From Heteronotia binoei (taxonomy: Eukaryota), in NCBI RefSeq assembly GCF_032191835.1, contig NC_083231.1:78306001-78370000 (forward strand): a stretch of 64,000 nucleotides of DNA. Reading direction: 5' to 3'. Shown here piece after piece: positions 50,038 through 62,094 of this stretch. A program made the translations under genes and the position numbers. Numbering within the stretch: position 1 is the stretch's first letter; each line of letters opens with the position of its first letter. The notes below the pieces were generated by a model. The model had not been told where the DNA came from. It made no database searches and saw only the letters and a program-made list of their open reading frames with translations.

Positions 50038-50155
50038 CAGGGCTTTCTTTGTAGAAAAAGTCCAGCAGGGAATCATTTGCATATTAGGCCACACCCCCTG
50101 ACACCAAGCCAGCTGGAACTGTGTTCCTGTGCATTCCTGCCTAAAAGAAGCCCTG
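50038..50155 (-). mobile_element. Octamer-family hAT MITE, monomer
   Basis: Termini CAGGGCTTTCTTT / AAAAGAAGCCCTG; perfect 8-bp TSD GTAGCAAC at 50030-50037 and 50156-50163. Confidence 0.92.
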
Positions 50156-50504
50156 GTAGCAACTATCGCAGATTGATTCATCTGAAAGACTGAGAGGATG
50201 TCATGGACAGCTATATTGCTATTTCTCCCTTGCCTCCCTACTAGATATTGCCAGCAACCCAACAAAGTAGAACATCAGTTAAATTATATCAATGGAATCT
50301 AGATTTGTTGCATGAAATTTTCACCCAGTGAAATCAGTAACAGTATTTACTTTATTGGTGGCATGATTTTGTCTCCTGGTATGGCACTGCATTAAAAAAT
50401 ATATATATAGTTCAATTTGGTTACATTGGTTCTTCTCCCTCTCAAGATCTAGGATCCCTCAGAGCTTTATTTGCAGAAATGCAAACCAGCCAGGGTAAAA
50501 AAAA

Positions 50505-50720
50505 GGTTATTTATTTAATTCATTTATACCCTGCCTTTCTCTTTAGCGGGGACCCAAAGCAGCTTACATCATTCTCCTGTCCTCCATTTTATCCTCACAA
50601 CAACTGGATGAGGTAGGTCAGGCTGAGAGAGTGTGCCTGGCCTAAGGGCACCCAGAGAGATTCTATGGTGCCAGTGGGAATGCCTCAGATACTAGTCTAA
50701 CACTACACCATGCTGGCTCT
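50505..50720 (-). mobile_element. Older Squam3-like SINE
   Basis: (TTTA)n tail, GGACCCAAAGCAGCTTACATC, head remnant AACACTACACCATGCTGGCTCT. Confidence 0.7.
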
Positions 50721-51224
50721 GCTGGAGGATGTAAGAGTGACTCCGCATTCTGACACTTGGAGCAAAGGATCAGCTTCAGGAACATAGTTCCTATGTGCTT
50801 GGGGAAATGCATGAAAATGTACTCCCCTCTGGGAGTGCCAATGCCATGTAGTGGCAGCTAGGAAGGCTTGGGTTCAAATTCTCATGAACAATGAAAAACT
50901 CATTGGGTGAGTCACACCCTTTCAATCTAGAGGGTAAAATGGAGAAAGGATAGATATGTGTGCTACCCTGAAATCTTTGAAGAAAGGATAGAGCAAAAAT
51001 CTGAAAGACTTTGTGAGACATACATCAATATACAAATATGATGCAAGACACAACCCCTCCCTTCCAACTTCTTGTAACATTAAAATTATGGCTATAGGTA
51101 CTGTATATGACTATTCAAACGTATATAACTCAATTAGTAAATCAACTACCTCCATTGGAATTTGCAATATTAGGAGAAAACAGCATAACACCAGGGCTGG
51201 AAACAGATATACATGCAATTGACA

Positions 51225-51701
51225 TTTCCAGGTTGGAGTATTCTGGGAAAAAAATTTTGTGGGGGGGGGGGAAGCTGCAGAGAGCTGGATTTGGGGATGG
51301 ATCTCAGCAGGATATAATGCCCCCTAAAGCAGCCATTTTTTCCAGGTCAATTGATATCTGTCATCTGGAGATCAGGTGTGATCAGGCGGAGAGCCAGTTT
51401 TGTGTAGTGGTTAAGTGTACGGACTCTTATCTGGGACAACCAGGTTTGATTCCCCACTCCTCCACTTGCACCTGCTAGCATGGCCTTGGGTCAGCCATAG
51501 CCCTGGCAGAGGTTGCCCTTGAAAGGGCTGCTGCTGTGAGAGCCCTCTCCAGCCCCACCCACCTCACAGGATGTTTGTTGTGGGGGAGGAAGGTAAAGGA
51601 GATTGTGAGCCGCTCTGAGACTCTTTGGAGTGCAGGGTGGGATATAAATCCAATATCTTCTTCTGAAAAATATCCAGGCCTCATCTGGAGGTTGGCAACT
51701 C
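51225..51701 (-). mobile_element. hAT-like MITE (GGGTTGCCAAC family) interrupted by a SINE
   Basis: GCAGCCATTTTTTCCAGG core and GGTTGGCAACTCTA terminus flanking the SINE. Confidence 0.6.
51388..51664 (+). mobile_element. Young Squam3C-like SINE
   Basis: Near-identical to 13097-13384, with A/B boxes and CTT tail. Confidence 0.92.
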
Positions 51702-51929
51702 TATAATATGTCCGTCTTCAAACTATTTTTTGATAGTTACAATGACTAAACCGACGACATTCTTATCATCATTGCTTGAGAGTGAAGCTCTGTTTGAGGC
51801 AACATCAGAGGAGAAGAAGGTGGCTATTTGCTGTCTGCTGTGGCCTTAGGTTCTTAGGTAGCTAACAATAATTTTTATAAGAAAAATTATATTTATATTG
51901 CCAATATGATCTCTCAAAGTTTAAAAACA

Positions 51930-52560
51930 GTTTTATTTTTATTTATTTATCATTTACTTTAAATTTTTATCCCGCCCTTTCCATGAACGGATTCATGGTG
52001 GCTAACAATAGCAAGAAAATTACATATTAAAATCACTGAAACAACACAAAACTAAGAAGAAGAAGATATTGGATTTATATCCCGCCCTCCACTCCGAAGA
52101 GTCTCAGAGCGGCTCACAATCTCCTTTACCTTCCTCCCCCACAACAGACACCCTGTGAGGTGGGTGGGGCTAAGAGAGCTCTTACAGCAGCTGCCCTTTC
52201 AAGGACAACCTCTGCCAGGGCTATGGCTAACCCAAGGCCATTCCAGCAGGTGCAAGTGGAGGAGTGGGGAATCAAACCCGGTTCTCCCAGATAAGAGTCC
52301 ACACACTTAACCACTACACCAAACTGGCTCTCTAAAACCCATAAATACAACATTATGGTGCTATTCACAGCTTCTTATGGCAGTTCACAGCGTCTTCAGT
52401 GGGCCAATTCAATTTCTATTAATTTCTTAAGTTGGTTTAGACATTGGTGGTCCTTGAGGCCTTATCAAAGTGCTCATAGTTGGTATTTGCTCAGTTATTA
52501 GGGTGGCAGCAATCTCCCACTCAGTTGTCATAGGCTAATTGGAATAATTCTGCTTCTTCA
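51930..52560 (-). mobile_element. Old L2 3' region interrupted by a SINE
   Basis: (TTTA)n tail then TATCCCGCCCT...GGTGGCTAAC, the reverse complement of the L2 3' end; continues after 52332. Confidence 0.55.
52056..52332 (-). mobile_element. Young Squam3C-like SINE
   Basis: Reverse complement of 13097-13384; intact cUUCGg hairpin at 52091-52102. Confidence 0.92.
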
Positions 52561-52649
52561 TACCTAGGAAGGATTTCAGAAATTAAAATTAATCTAGTAC
52601 CAAAATTGTTTGTGTTTGAGAACATTTTAAAGATCAACAACTTCTTCAG

Positions 52650-53135
52650 TTTTGTATCTTATGAAGGAAGCTTATACCCTGAAAATCTTAAGTCTCTAAA
52701 GTGCCCAGGTCTGGCGTGTGGAAGTCAGCAGGGTAGGCAGCTGCTACCCCACCTGGGAGCACCACTGGGTGTCCCCTTACTCCCCCTTGCCCACACAGAG
52801 TGCTCCTCGGAGCCTGCTTTGAAGGTAGGATTGGAGGAGTGCTGCACAGTGCACTAAGCTCTTCCAAGGAAGCCTCCAAAGAGCACACTGTTTTAGTGGT
52901 GCCCAGGCGCTTTCAGGTTGAAAGTGGCTGAGGGGCACCTTCCAAAGAGCTTAGTGCAGGGGGAAATTGGTGGCGCAGCAGCACTCTTGTGCACCGCCCA
53001 TCACTCTCTCATTCCCCACTCGCATGATTGCCACCCGCGTGTGCATTGTGTTCCATAAAGGGAGCTTGCAGGGGGGCGTAGCACACGGGTCTGCCTCGAG
53101 CGACCCTGAAAGTGCCACTGGATTCAAATCTAGCT
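52650..53135 (+). mobile_element. PLE fragment split by a hAT insertion
   Basis: AAGCTTATACCCTGAAAATCTT..TCTCTAAAGTGCC|ACTGGATTCAAATC rejoins to a PLE 3' end like 4445-4500 once the insert is removed. Confidence 0.55.
52706..53108. mobile_element. hAT MITE
   Basis: Termini CAGGTC / GACCCTG; perfect 8-bp TSD AAAGTGCC at 52698-52705 and 53109-53116. Confidence 0.8.
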
Positions 53136-53399
53136 TTTATTAAATTTTGTGAAATTTGCAGTGTACTTTAATGAAAGATATCTGGAAGAAGAATAAAAAT
53201 ACCAAAAATTATACTGTTCACTTAGCAAAAAACCTTAGAAGGTAGGTGGACACAATTTGCCAAATATTTATTATTTTATGCAGTGCAGTTGAAGTTTATT
53301 GCTCAGTGGCCGAGTGTTTTTCCATTTACCCCAATGTTATATGTAGCAGCAGATATGCATATCATGATATGCTAATGGCAAAATTAGGTCAAAATGAGA

Positions 53400-54065
53400 T
53401 ATAAATTGATGGTGCGGCATCATTTGGAGTACTGTGTACAATTCTGGTCACTGCACCTCAAAAAGGATATAGCATTGGAAAAAGTCCAGAAAAGAGTAAC
53501 TAGAATGATTAAAGGGTTGGAACACTTTCCCTATGAAGAAAGGTTAAAATGCTTGGGGTTCTTTAGGTTGGAGAAACATCAACTGTGGGGGTGATATGAT
53601 AGAGGTTTACAAGATTATGCATGGGATAGAGAAGGTAGAGAAAGAAGTACTTTCTGCCTTTCTCACAATACAAGAACTCATGGGCACTGAGCAGTCAGGT
53701 TGGAATGGATAAAAAGAAGTACTTCTTCATCCAAAGGGTGATTAACACATGGAATTCACTGCCACAGGAGGTGGTGGCAGCTACAAGCACAGCCAGCTTC
53801 AAGAGGGGATAGGATAAACATATGGAACAGAGGTCCATCAGTGGCTATTAGCCACAGCAGTTTGTTGGAACTCTCTGTCTGGGGCAAGTGATGCTTTGTA
53901 TTCTTGGAGGGGCAACAGTGGGAGGGCTTCTGGTGTCCTGGCCCCACTGATGGACCTCCTGATGCATCTGGTTTTTGTTTTGGCCACTGTGTGACACAGT
54001 GTGCTGGAGTGGTTGGGCCATTGGCCTGATGATCTAACATGGCTTCTCTTATGTTCTTATGTTCT
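53400..54065 (+). mobile_element. CR1 LINE 3' fragment
   Basis: ORF reads [37 protein letters not shown] (CR1 ORF2 C-terminus); tail (TTCTTATG)n. Confidence 0.92.
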
Positions 54066-54570
54066 AAATCTTCCTATTCACGCTGTTTGGGAGGTTTGGA
54101 ACAAGTTTTTAAAGGGGTTAATCTAGATATATTTGCATTAATTTCTTTTATTTATCATAATTCTTCCTATCTGAGTGGGCATGTCTCTCACCAGATCTTA
54201 TCGAATGCTGTAATCTTTAAAGATGCTATAAGAAAGAATGACCCTTTGAGTAGATTTGAGATTGTATCTCAGCTGAATAATTCTATATAATACTGGTTTC
54301 AGTATTTACAATTACAAAGTTATATTATGCAACATTTAAGAAATAGTAAACTTTGAACTACCTTGAATTCATTTAAATTTTTAATTCTAAAAGCAGAGAT
54401 GATAACACTAGCTAGGATTTATTTGATAATCCTAATATATGAGAGATTTTTTTAAAAAAAGTTTCAAGGATAAATGGGAGAGACTTAAATGATATATAGG
54501 ATCTTTGACTCAACCTAGAGGATAATACTATTATTCCCAAATTATCTAGGGAAGGACAGTGTTGTATACA

Positions 54571-54729
54571 AAGATTTCAGGTTTTCAAGGCTGGTAACAT
54601 CATTAGGGTTTGTAGAATCTTTCGGGCTCAAGTGCCGTGTTCTACTGGAGAAAGTTTTCCTTCCAAGGAAGGAAAACTTTCTCCAGTAGAACACGGCACT
54701 TGAGCCCGAAAGATTCTACAAACCCTAAT
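54571..54729. mobile_element. Short fold-back insertion with a perfect 63-bp-arm hairpin, probably PLE-derived
   Basis: Arms 54602-54664 and 54667-54729 are exact reverse complements with an AA loop; 13-bp TSD AGTGTTGTATACA at 54558-54570 and 54730-54742. PLE assignment is from recalled consensus and architecture. Confidence 0.8.
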
Positions 54730-54801
54730 AGTGTTGTATACAGTTTAGATTGTTTACTCCATACATTTACCCACTGGTAGTACTCTGTGGTTACCTTAAA
54801 G

Positions 54802-55166
54802 CAGTGCCCCCCAACCTTTTTGGCACCAAGGACCGGTTTTGTGGAAGACAATTTTTCCACGGACCAGTGGAGGTGGGGGTGCTGCAGTTTTTGCTGCCTC
54901 AGGCTGCCCCCATACCCTGTCTCTGCCCCCACATGGGGGGTCTTTAAATGACGGGTAGGTGAAGGCCATTGCCGCACTGCCCCTTCCGCCCACCCAGGAC
55001 CTAGATGAATGAAAGAAGTAGTGCTTTGGAGTGTAGCTGCACTGCCTCTTTGGTCCACCTGGGTGGGTGAAAGGGGCAGTGAGGTGCCTCTGCCTCACTC
55101 TGCAGCCCAGTTGCTAAGAGGCCACAAACTGGTACCAGTCCACGGCCCAGGGGTTGGGGACCCCTG
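54802..55166. mobile_element. hAT-Charlie-type MITE
   Basis: Termini CAGTGCCCCCCAACC / GGTTGGGGACCCCTG; perfect 8-bp TSD CCTTAAAG. Confidence 0.9.
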
Positions 55167-55759
55167 CCTTAAAGAACCATTATGAACTTGAATAGAATAT
55201 GGTCACCACAGCCAAAATGTTTATTGCTGCAATCCTAAGCATCCTTACTAGGGAATAAGTCCCTTTGACCTGAATGGGATTTACTTCTGAGTATATATGC
55301 TAAGTATTGCACTGATGCAGCCCCTCTCCATAATACCATCAGATAGAATGACTTGTTACAATCTGGAATGAGATTAAAATAAAGTATCTGACAGTATATT
55401 CAGCGAAGACATGAGGGGAACAGATCAACAGCAACTGGAAACTGTTTTATTTGATGTCAAGAGGCACAATCCAAATATATATACTTGTAATGTATTTAAG
55501 AGTCTTTGTGTGTTATGTTCTTATTTTAAAAATGTGGATTGCATTACTGCAAATGAAAAGTGGAGAATGCCCTGTATTAAAAAATCAGAAAGCCAGCAGC
55601 AGACAAAGAAGGGGAGGGTTAGAAGCAGAAAGCTTTAAAGCCTAAATATCACTGCCCTTACCAGCATACCCTACATCAAGATCCACAGATGAGACTTTGC
55701 TCCAGGTGTCCTCCTTGACTAAGGAGTGGCTAAAGAGCAGGTTCTTCAGTCTTCTTACT

Positions 55760-56040
55760 TGCCTGCCCTGTCTTTGAGATTCCATCCACAGGCCAGTCTT
55801 GTTTTCCCCTCCAGTAATTAGCCAACTTTTTAATTCCAGCAGGCATCTGGAAGGTGAGGCACATGATGTTGCCCTGGTGTTTTATTTCCCTTTAGTGCAA
55901 TGTTTTATTGTTTTATAGTTGTGATGGCTGTATTTTTATTTAGTTGATAAGATTTTATGGTCATTGGGCACTCTTTTTTATGTTAATTTCTTTACAGCTA
56001 CAAGCTGCTTGGAGGACATGTGGCGGGATATAAACAAATA
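55760..56040 (+). mobile_element. Old L2-like 3' end
   Basis: T-rich UTR ending AAGCTGCTTGGAG...GGCGGGATATAAACAAATA. Confidence 0.35.
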
Positions 56041-57062
56041 GCAAGGCTCTGTTGGTAGTGTTTGATCTGTCCGGGAAGTTTTCCATACAATACCTCTCCT
56101 GCTTGATGGTAAAGTTATTGAGTGAGGAACATAGATGTGTGAACTCATCCTCATTTGAAAAGTATATATAGACACCTATAAACTAACATCCACAACTCTC
56201 TGGAATATAAATGATACCTATTTTCAGTTTACTGTTTTGATATTGATAGGAATCAGCAAGATGGCCTTACAGCTGTCATGGGTTTTCCTTTATGAAGTGT
56301 CTCATCTTTGGTAAGACAGTTTAATGTACAAATATTGTCAAGTTAGCACCTAGCAATTAGACCTTTGGGTATTTGATTTTTTTAAAAAATGTGTAAGAGG
56401 TGAAAATATCTCAGGCTGTTTGTCTAAAACAAAACACAGTGAGTAACGTCAAACTGTACTTTAGTCTCACTCCCATCCATCAGTCTACTAGTTGGAGGAG
56501 TTTCAGTTGTTCACTTCTCCTTATTTTCTCAGATTCTACATACTACCCTGTAACTTTTGGGCCTGTTTATGTATTACACTAAAATAATCAGATTACAGCT
56601 ATTTTACATGCAGTACATCATATTCTCAGCAACACATCCACTACTAAACAATGACCACAGAAGTCTACAATATTACAGATAGTTGCAATAGAAGTTTTAA
56701 TGATTATTCCTTTTTTGTTGACTTGCAGTGTCTACTAGCCCATATTCTTCCCATTTACTTTTCACTACACGATTGTTTGTACACTGGAAGACTGGGAAGA
56801 CTGAATTGAAAGCATCCCCCTTCATCCACAACTTTATGTCAGGCAAACAAATTGTCACAAATTACACAAAACAAAATCACCAATAGCATTTATTTCTTTA
56901 GCTATATCTATACAATTTAAGCTGTTATGAATATCAGATCAGTGAAAGTATGCTGCCAGTGCCTTTTGTTGACATTGATGGATGTAGACTGCAATAACTC
57001 TACATAGGATTGGACTGGAAACTGTGAAATGCTTTTTTGCTAAAATTATTGCTGAGTTCTGC

Positions 57063-57873
57063 TGTGACGGAAAGCAATGGGTTAACCATAAACTGAAGAC
57101 GCACAGGGCTGCGTCAGGTGACCTGAGGGTGGGGGCAAAGTGCTCGGAGCTCTCAGGGAGGGAAAGGGGTAGTGGAGAAAGAGAAACTGCTGAAGCAGTC
57201 AGTCAAGTTGATGTCTGACAGAGTGGAGGCCTGTCAGAGAAGTCTGTCAGTGGTGAAGCCTGACAGAGACTGAGAGGGTCAGTTCGTGCCAGAGAGGCTG
57301 AGAGGACAGCTGATCCTGTGAAGGAGCTTGAGGCGGAGACGGGGAAGTCTTCCAGAGACTGCAAGCTCGACAAAACCAGCCAAGAGGGCTGTGTGTGTGA
57401 GTCAGTTAAGACCTGAACGGTCACAAACACCTAGAGACAACTCTGAAGATCTAGTGAGGTGGTTGAGGGAGTGGATGTGGGTCTGAGACACCAGAAGGGC
57501 TGAGAGGAGAGACTCCAGTCGAGGGGTGAGACTAGACACATCAATCCCAAGAGGCCAGACCTTGGCTAGAGGTGGAGAGTGAGTTAAAGGGAAACTGTGA
57601 ACTGTGTAACTGTGAAAGACTCAAGAGAGTAAAAGTGATTGTAAAGCTTGAAACAACTGAGCAACGTTTTAGCCTGTGTAAATATCTCCCATATCCCCAA
57701 GTTAAGACTTTGTGTTACAATAAATCTGTGGTTTAAGTTAAAGTTCTCAAGAGTCTATATTTTGTGGGAAGAACAAACAAAGCCGCTGTGGTCCCATCAA
57801 ATAAACAAGTAAAATACCCCGAAGAGACTGAAATAAAGAGATCCAGTGAGGCCGTGAGGCGGGCGCTGCTATA
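57063..57873 (+). mobile_element. Solo LTR (811 bp)
   Basis: Begins TG, ends TA (presumed CA mutated); 5-bp TSD TCTGC at 57058-57062 and 57874-57878; AATAAA near 57719; purine-rich, no coding content. Confidence 0.8.
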
Positions 57874-59253
57874 TCTGCATTTCCATAAGCTTGCTGATAA
57901 AGGAGTCTTTGAAAATGACTAATTCCTATCCAAGCCATATTAGAATATGAAATTTCACCAAATTCCATGGTGCTTGTTTTCAAGTACTTTTGTTCATGAA
58001 TATTACATGGACAGATTGTAGTCTTTGTTTTGCGTTGTAAAGCTGTAAAAATATGACATAATTTAAGTCTATAGGTACAATTTTATTTGTATTGGGATAA
58101 GGAGGAATGGTGGCTCTTCTGATTATATCTAATAAATGGTACCAGAGAAAATTATGACTAATGAATTGCAGATCACTTCAAAAATAAGTTGTAGAAAAGT
58201 TGCCCAGTTTTCCTCAAGTAGAAACCACTCTTTGGGTGTGGAGACCATTATCAAAGGAAGAGGGAGTGCTTTGTATATGTTTATATTGTCTATCTATTGG
58301 TGAAGAAATGGGATTCTTCTAATCAGCCTGCCTGGAATAAATCTGTTTACAGACTCTTACAACATGCCTTGCATCTTTGAGGAATATTATTCCGTAAATT
58401 ATGTAATATATCTTTGTCAGGCAAGTGGCGTTCTGGATGCTTCTAGGTTAAGAATTTGTCTCCCTGTGTATGTGTCAGGTTTTCTAAAACAAATGTGGAA
58501 AGCCAAAGGTTCCTTCTGTATTTTTCTGCCTCAACACCAAGCATCCTCCTCATATATGAGGAACATAGCTCAATTCCCAACCAACACTGCTGTCATGACT
58601 TGCTGGTTATTAGGTGCTACTGAGCTCCAATCTCAACCCCACTCATCTTTGCTAAGCATAAATGTCTCCTTCCCACTCATACCCAAGCAACAGGTCAATT
58701 AAATGGTTATGATTCTCAATTCTGGCAAATTTTTCATATCATCATAAGGTGAGGCCTGTGAGATCAGAGGAAGACTCTGTCTGGTCTAGATTCTTATTTC
58801 CAGGAAGTCCACAAGCTTGTTGTTCATGATTCCCTGTCGTCTTCTTTTTTAAAAGAAGATTGTGGGAATGGTATACCTCTCTAGCAGATCTTGACCCTGG
58901 AAACAAAGATAAGAGTTGCTAGATTCTATGCAGCCAACTAAGTAAAGTGCGGTTCTGTGCTGATTTAGTGAAAAAGACTTGCTATATGTTTAATGTAATG
59001 GTAAATATTTTTACTAATGTATGTTTTGTATTGCTGGTCCATGCCAACTGAGTTACTGTTTCTGTTCCTATTGCTTGTCTACTTGGCTGGTTTCATCCTT
59101 AGAGACCTCTTGTTTTGTACAAAAACGGTCCAGATTATGTCACTATCTCCTTCCTTCACTCTCCAAGGAGTAGCAACAGTCTGCATTCAACATAGATCCC
59201 AGCATAGCAATCACATACACAAATCCCACAACCAAAGCACATGCAACCTCATA

Positions 59254-59426
59254 GGGGCTGTGACTCTGTGATGGAGCATCTGCTTGGCATGCAGAAGGTC
59301 TCAGGTACAATCCCTGGCACACTTCATGGAAAGGATCAGGCAAAAACCTTTGCTGCTGCCCGTCTGAGTAGACAATACTGACTTTGACGGACCAAGGGTC
59401 TGATTCAGTATAAGGCATGTGTTCGC
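59254..59426 (+). mobile_element. tRNA-derived SINE (Squam2-like)
   Basis: tRNA-Ala-like head GGGGCTGTGACTC..GAGCATCTGCTTGGCATGCAGAAGGTCTCAGGTACAATCCC; body GTCTGAGTAGACAATACTGACTTTGA. Confidence 0.8.
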
Positions 59427-59491
59427 ATTTGCATGTATACAGTGGCAAACTGATCCCCAAAGATTTGTACCATAGGCACGTAATAAGAAAG

Positions 59492-59761
59492 AGGGCGGGG
59501 GTGGGGAGGTTTCATCAGTGCTTAGTTCTTGTGGCCATTTCTTACTTGTCCAGGGAAATGCTGATTGCCACTTTGGGGTCAGTCAGCAATTTTTCTATGG
59601 GCCAGTTTGACTAGGGATCCTGGAGGTTTTTGCCATCTTCTGGGCAAGGAACAAGGGTCACTGGGGATGTATGGGATGAGGTATTTGTGAAGTTCCTGCA
59701 TTGTGCAGGGGGTTGGACTAGATGACCCTGGAGGTCCCTTCCAACTCTGTGATTCTATGAT
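59492..59761 (+). mobile_element. CR1-tail element
   Basis: Ends GGACTAGATGACCCTGGAGGTCCCTTCCAACTCTGTGATTCTATGA. Confidence 0.75.
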
Positions 59762-60713
59762 ATGTCCTCTTACTTGGTCCTACCGAATTAGAGATATGGT
59801 GACATCTTTTACCAATTCAACTTTACATGTTATAGTTCTGGCATAAAGAATTGTAATGAATAATAGTTATTTTCAAAACTAGCTTTCAGTTAACCCTAGT
59901 TTTCTGCATGCATTCTGAAGTTACAGATAGTGGCCATATGAAAAAATCAATGATCCACAAAACAGGTACAAAAGATTAGAGTTTTCCAATATGCTAATGA
60001 TTCAAAGTCAAAGCTTTGGGTTATCTTAATTTCTAAGAAGACTGGTATGTAGTTTAATTTGGCTCAAAGGCCTTTAATAACATTTGTGTCAGAGGATGAT
60101 GATTTACTGAGTTGACTAATGCAGGATAATCCATGCCATATAAATACCAATCAATGCAATTCACGTACTGGGATCTCAGATACAAGTATTTAAATTGAAT
60201 TCTGCTATGGATGGAAGTTTTGTCACCAATGTAATTTAGATTTTGGAACACATTCTTGGCAGTTTTGGAATCTGATAAGAATGGGAAAATGTTCAGCATA
60301 AATATTACGGCTGGCTTTTTCCATTCCTTCTACATGTATGGCATGTGGGTGAGACACTAATCCTTGTATCCCATAATGCCATCTGCCGATTGAGCAACAC
60401 TGGAGTAATGTGGCAATGTGCACACCCAACAGAAACTATCACTGGAACTATTTCAGTAGCTTGCTTACATTCCTTTATTGAAGATGTTTTTGGGATGATT
60501 ATATAAACTTTTATAATTTAGAGCTTAGAAATAGTCTTTGATTATCATTGCAGTCTATGTCCCAACACAAGTGATGCAGCAGTTTCAGTGCTTGTATAAC
60601 AGAACTACATATATCACATTTTCATTAATGAATTAAGTGGAAGAAATTACAGAAAAATATTTGCACATTTCATATATTGAAAACACGGAGTGATTTTCTT
60701 TAGGCCTAAGGAC

Positions 60714-60856
60714 CAGGGGTCATTTTGTAGAAAAATAGGTGGTGGAGTTCATCCAGGGATTGTTATGCAGCTGCACATACTATTCAATGGACAAGGAGGT
60801 GGAAGTCTCAGGAGGAGGTGGAACTCTCAGAAAGCTCCCACTGAATCTGAGGCCTG
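60714..60856. mobile_element. Short hAT MITE
   Basis: Perfect 8-bp TSD CTAAGGAC at 60706-60713 and 60857-60864; termini CAGGGGTC / GAGGCCTG. Confidence 0.8.
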
Positions 60857-61037
60857 CTAAGGACAATCAGTGACTTAGTGGGAAAGAATTCAAAACCAGT
60901 GCGAAGGAGATAATCCAAGCCCTGCTCTCTATCATCCTATGCAGAGGTCAGGTGTCACAGGTGGTGACCAGTGACAGAGCTTTTCAGTGGTGGGACCTCA
61001 TCTTTAGAATATCCTCCCACTGAGGTTCACATGGTGC

Positions 61038-61165
61038 TAAGGTTGCCAACCTCCAGTTGGGAACTAGAGTTATCCCAGAATTACAGGTGATCATTAGATT
61101 ATGGAGATTGGTTGCCCTCAATAAAATGGCAGCTTTGGAAGGTGGACTGAACGGCACCACATTCA
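61038..61165 (+). mobile_element. Partial GGGTTGCCAAC-family MITE
   Basis: TAAGGTTGCCAACCTCCAG...AAAATGGCAGCTTTGGAAGGTGGACT. Confidence 0.65.
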
Positions 61166-61889
61166 TTCTTTGCTCTGTCCCCATCTACCTGCCACCAACC
61201 TCCCTCACTCTCCTATTGGCACCAGACAAAAACACTTCTTTTTAACCAGACTTCTAATATGTTTTTTTAAAAGCTTCTAAATTGTTGTAAAGTCTGATTG
61301 TAGCTTGAGGACTCTTTTTTTTTAAAAAGACCATTGTTTTATGCTATTTTTACCTTTGGCTTGTTTTTTATGGTTTGACTGTTTTTATGCTGTTTGTTTG
61401 AACCCCCGGCTTATTTTCATGACTTTTAATGGCTTGTTTTTAATGGTTTGACTGCTTTTATGCTGCTTTTATTATTTTATGGTGTTGTCTTATTATGTGA
61501 GCAGGTCTCTGGAGAGGTGGCATATGGATTTTCTAACCATTTATCTGATAAAGGAATAAAGCTTCCAGCATGCAAATGTACTTTGCTGCACACAAGAAAA
61601 AATAGAGAGTCACATACTTTCTATCCTGCAAACATACTACTTCCCCAGCCCAACATGGCTGTTTTTGCCTTTGCCTGGCACCGTGTTTGGAAACTGTAGC
61701 ATGCTTTGCTTATGGTCTCATATCTAGCCCTGGAAGCAGGCAGGCAGTTCTAGCTGTTGAGGATGGCTGGGACTGTTTGTTGGAGTGCTCAGGCAGAAAC
61801 TAACATGAGCCATCCAGTGACTGGCTCAAGCAAGTAGAATTAGCTAGCTGGCCCAGTGCAGCACCTCCTTGTAATAATCCTTGGCCCCC

Positions 61890-62094
61890 TAGTGTTGTCA
61901 ACTTCGGTGGGGCTGGAGATCTCTCAGAATTACAACTCATCTCAGACTACAGGGATCATGGGCAGCTTTGGAGGACAGACTCTATGGTATCAAGTCTCTG
62001 CTTAACTTCTCCCCTCCCCCCCAAAACCCCCTCCCCCCTCCCACAGACCCAAAAAAGCTCCAGGAATTCCTCAGCCTGAAAGTTGGAAGCCCTA
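61890..62094 (+). mobile_element. GGGTTGCCAAC-family MITE
   Basis: Termini TAGTGTTGTCAAC / GTTGGAAGCCCTA; internal match to 25021-25225. Confidence 0.7.
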
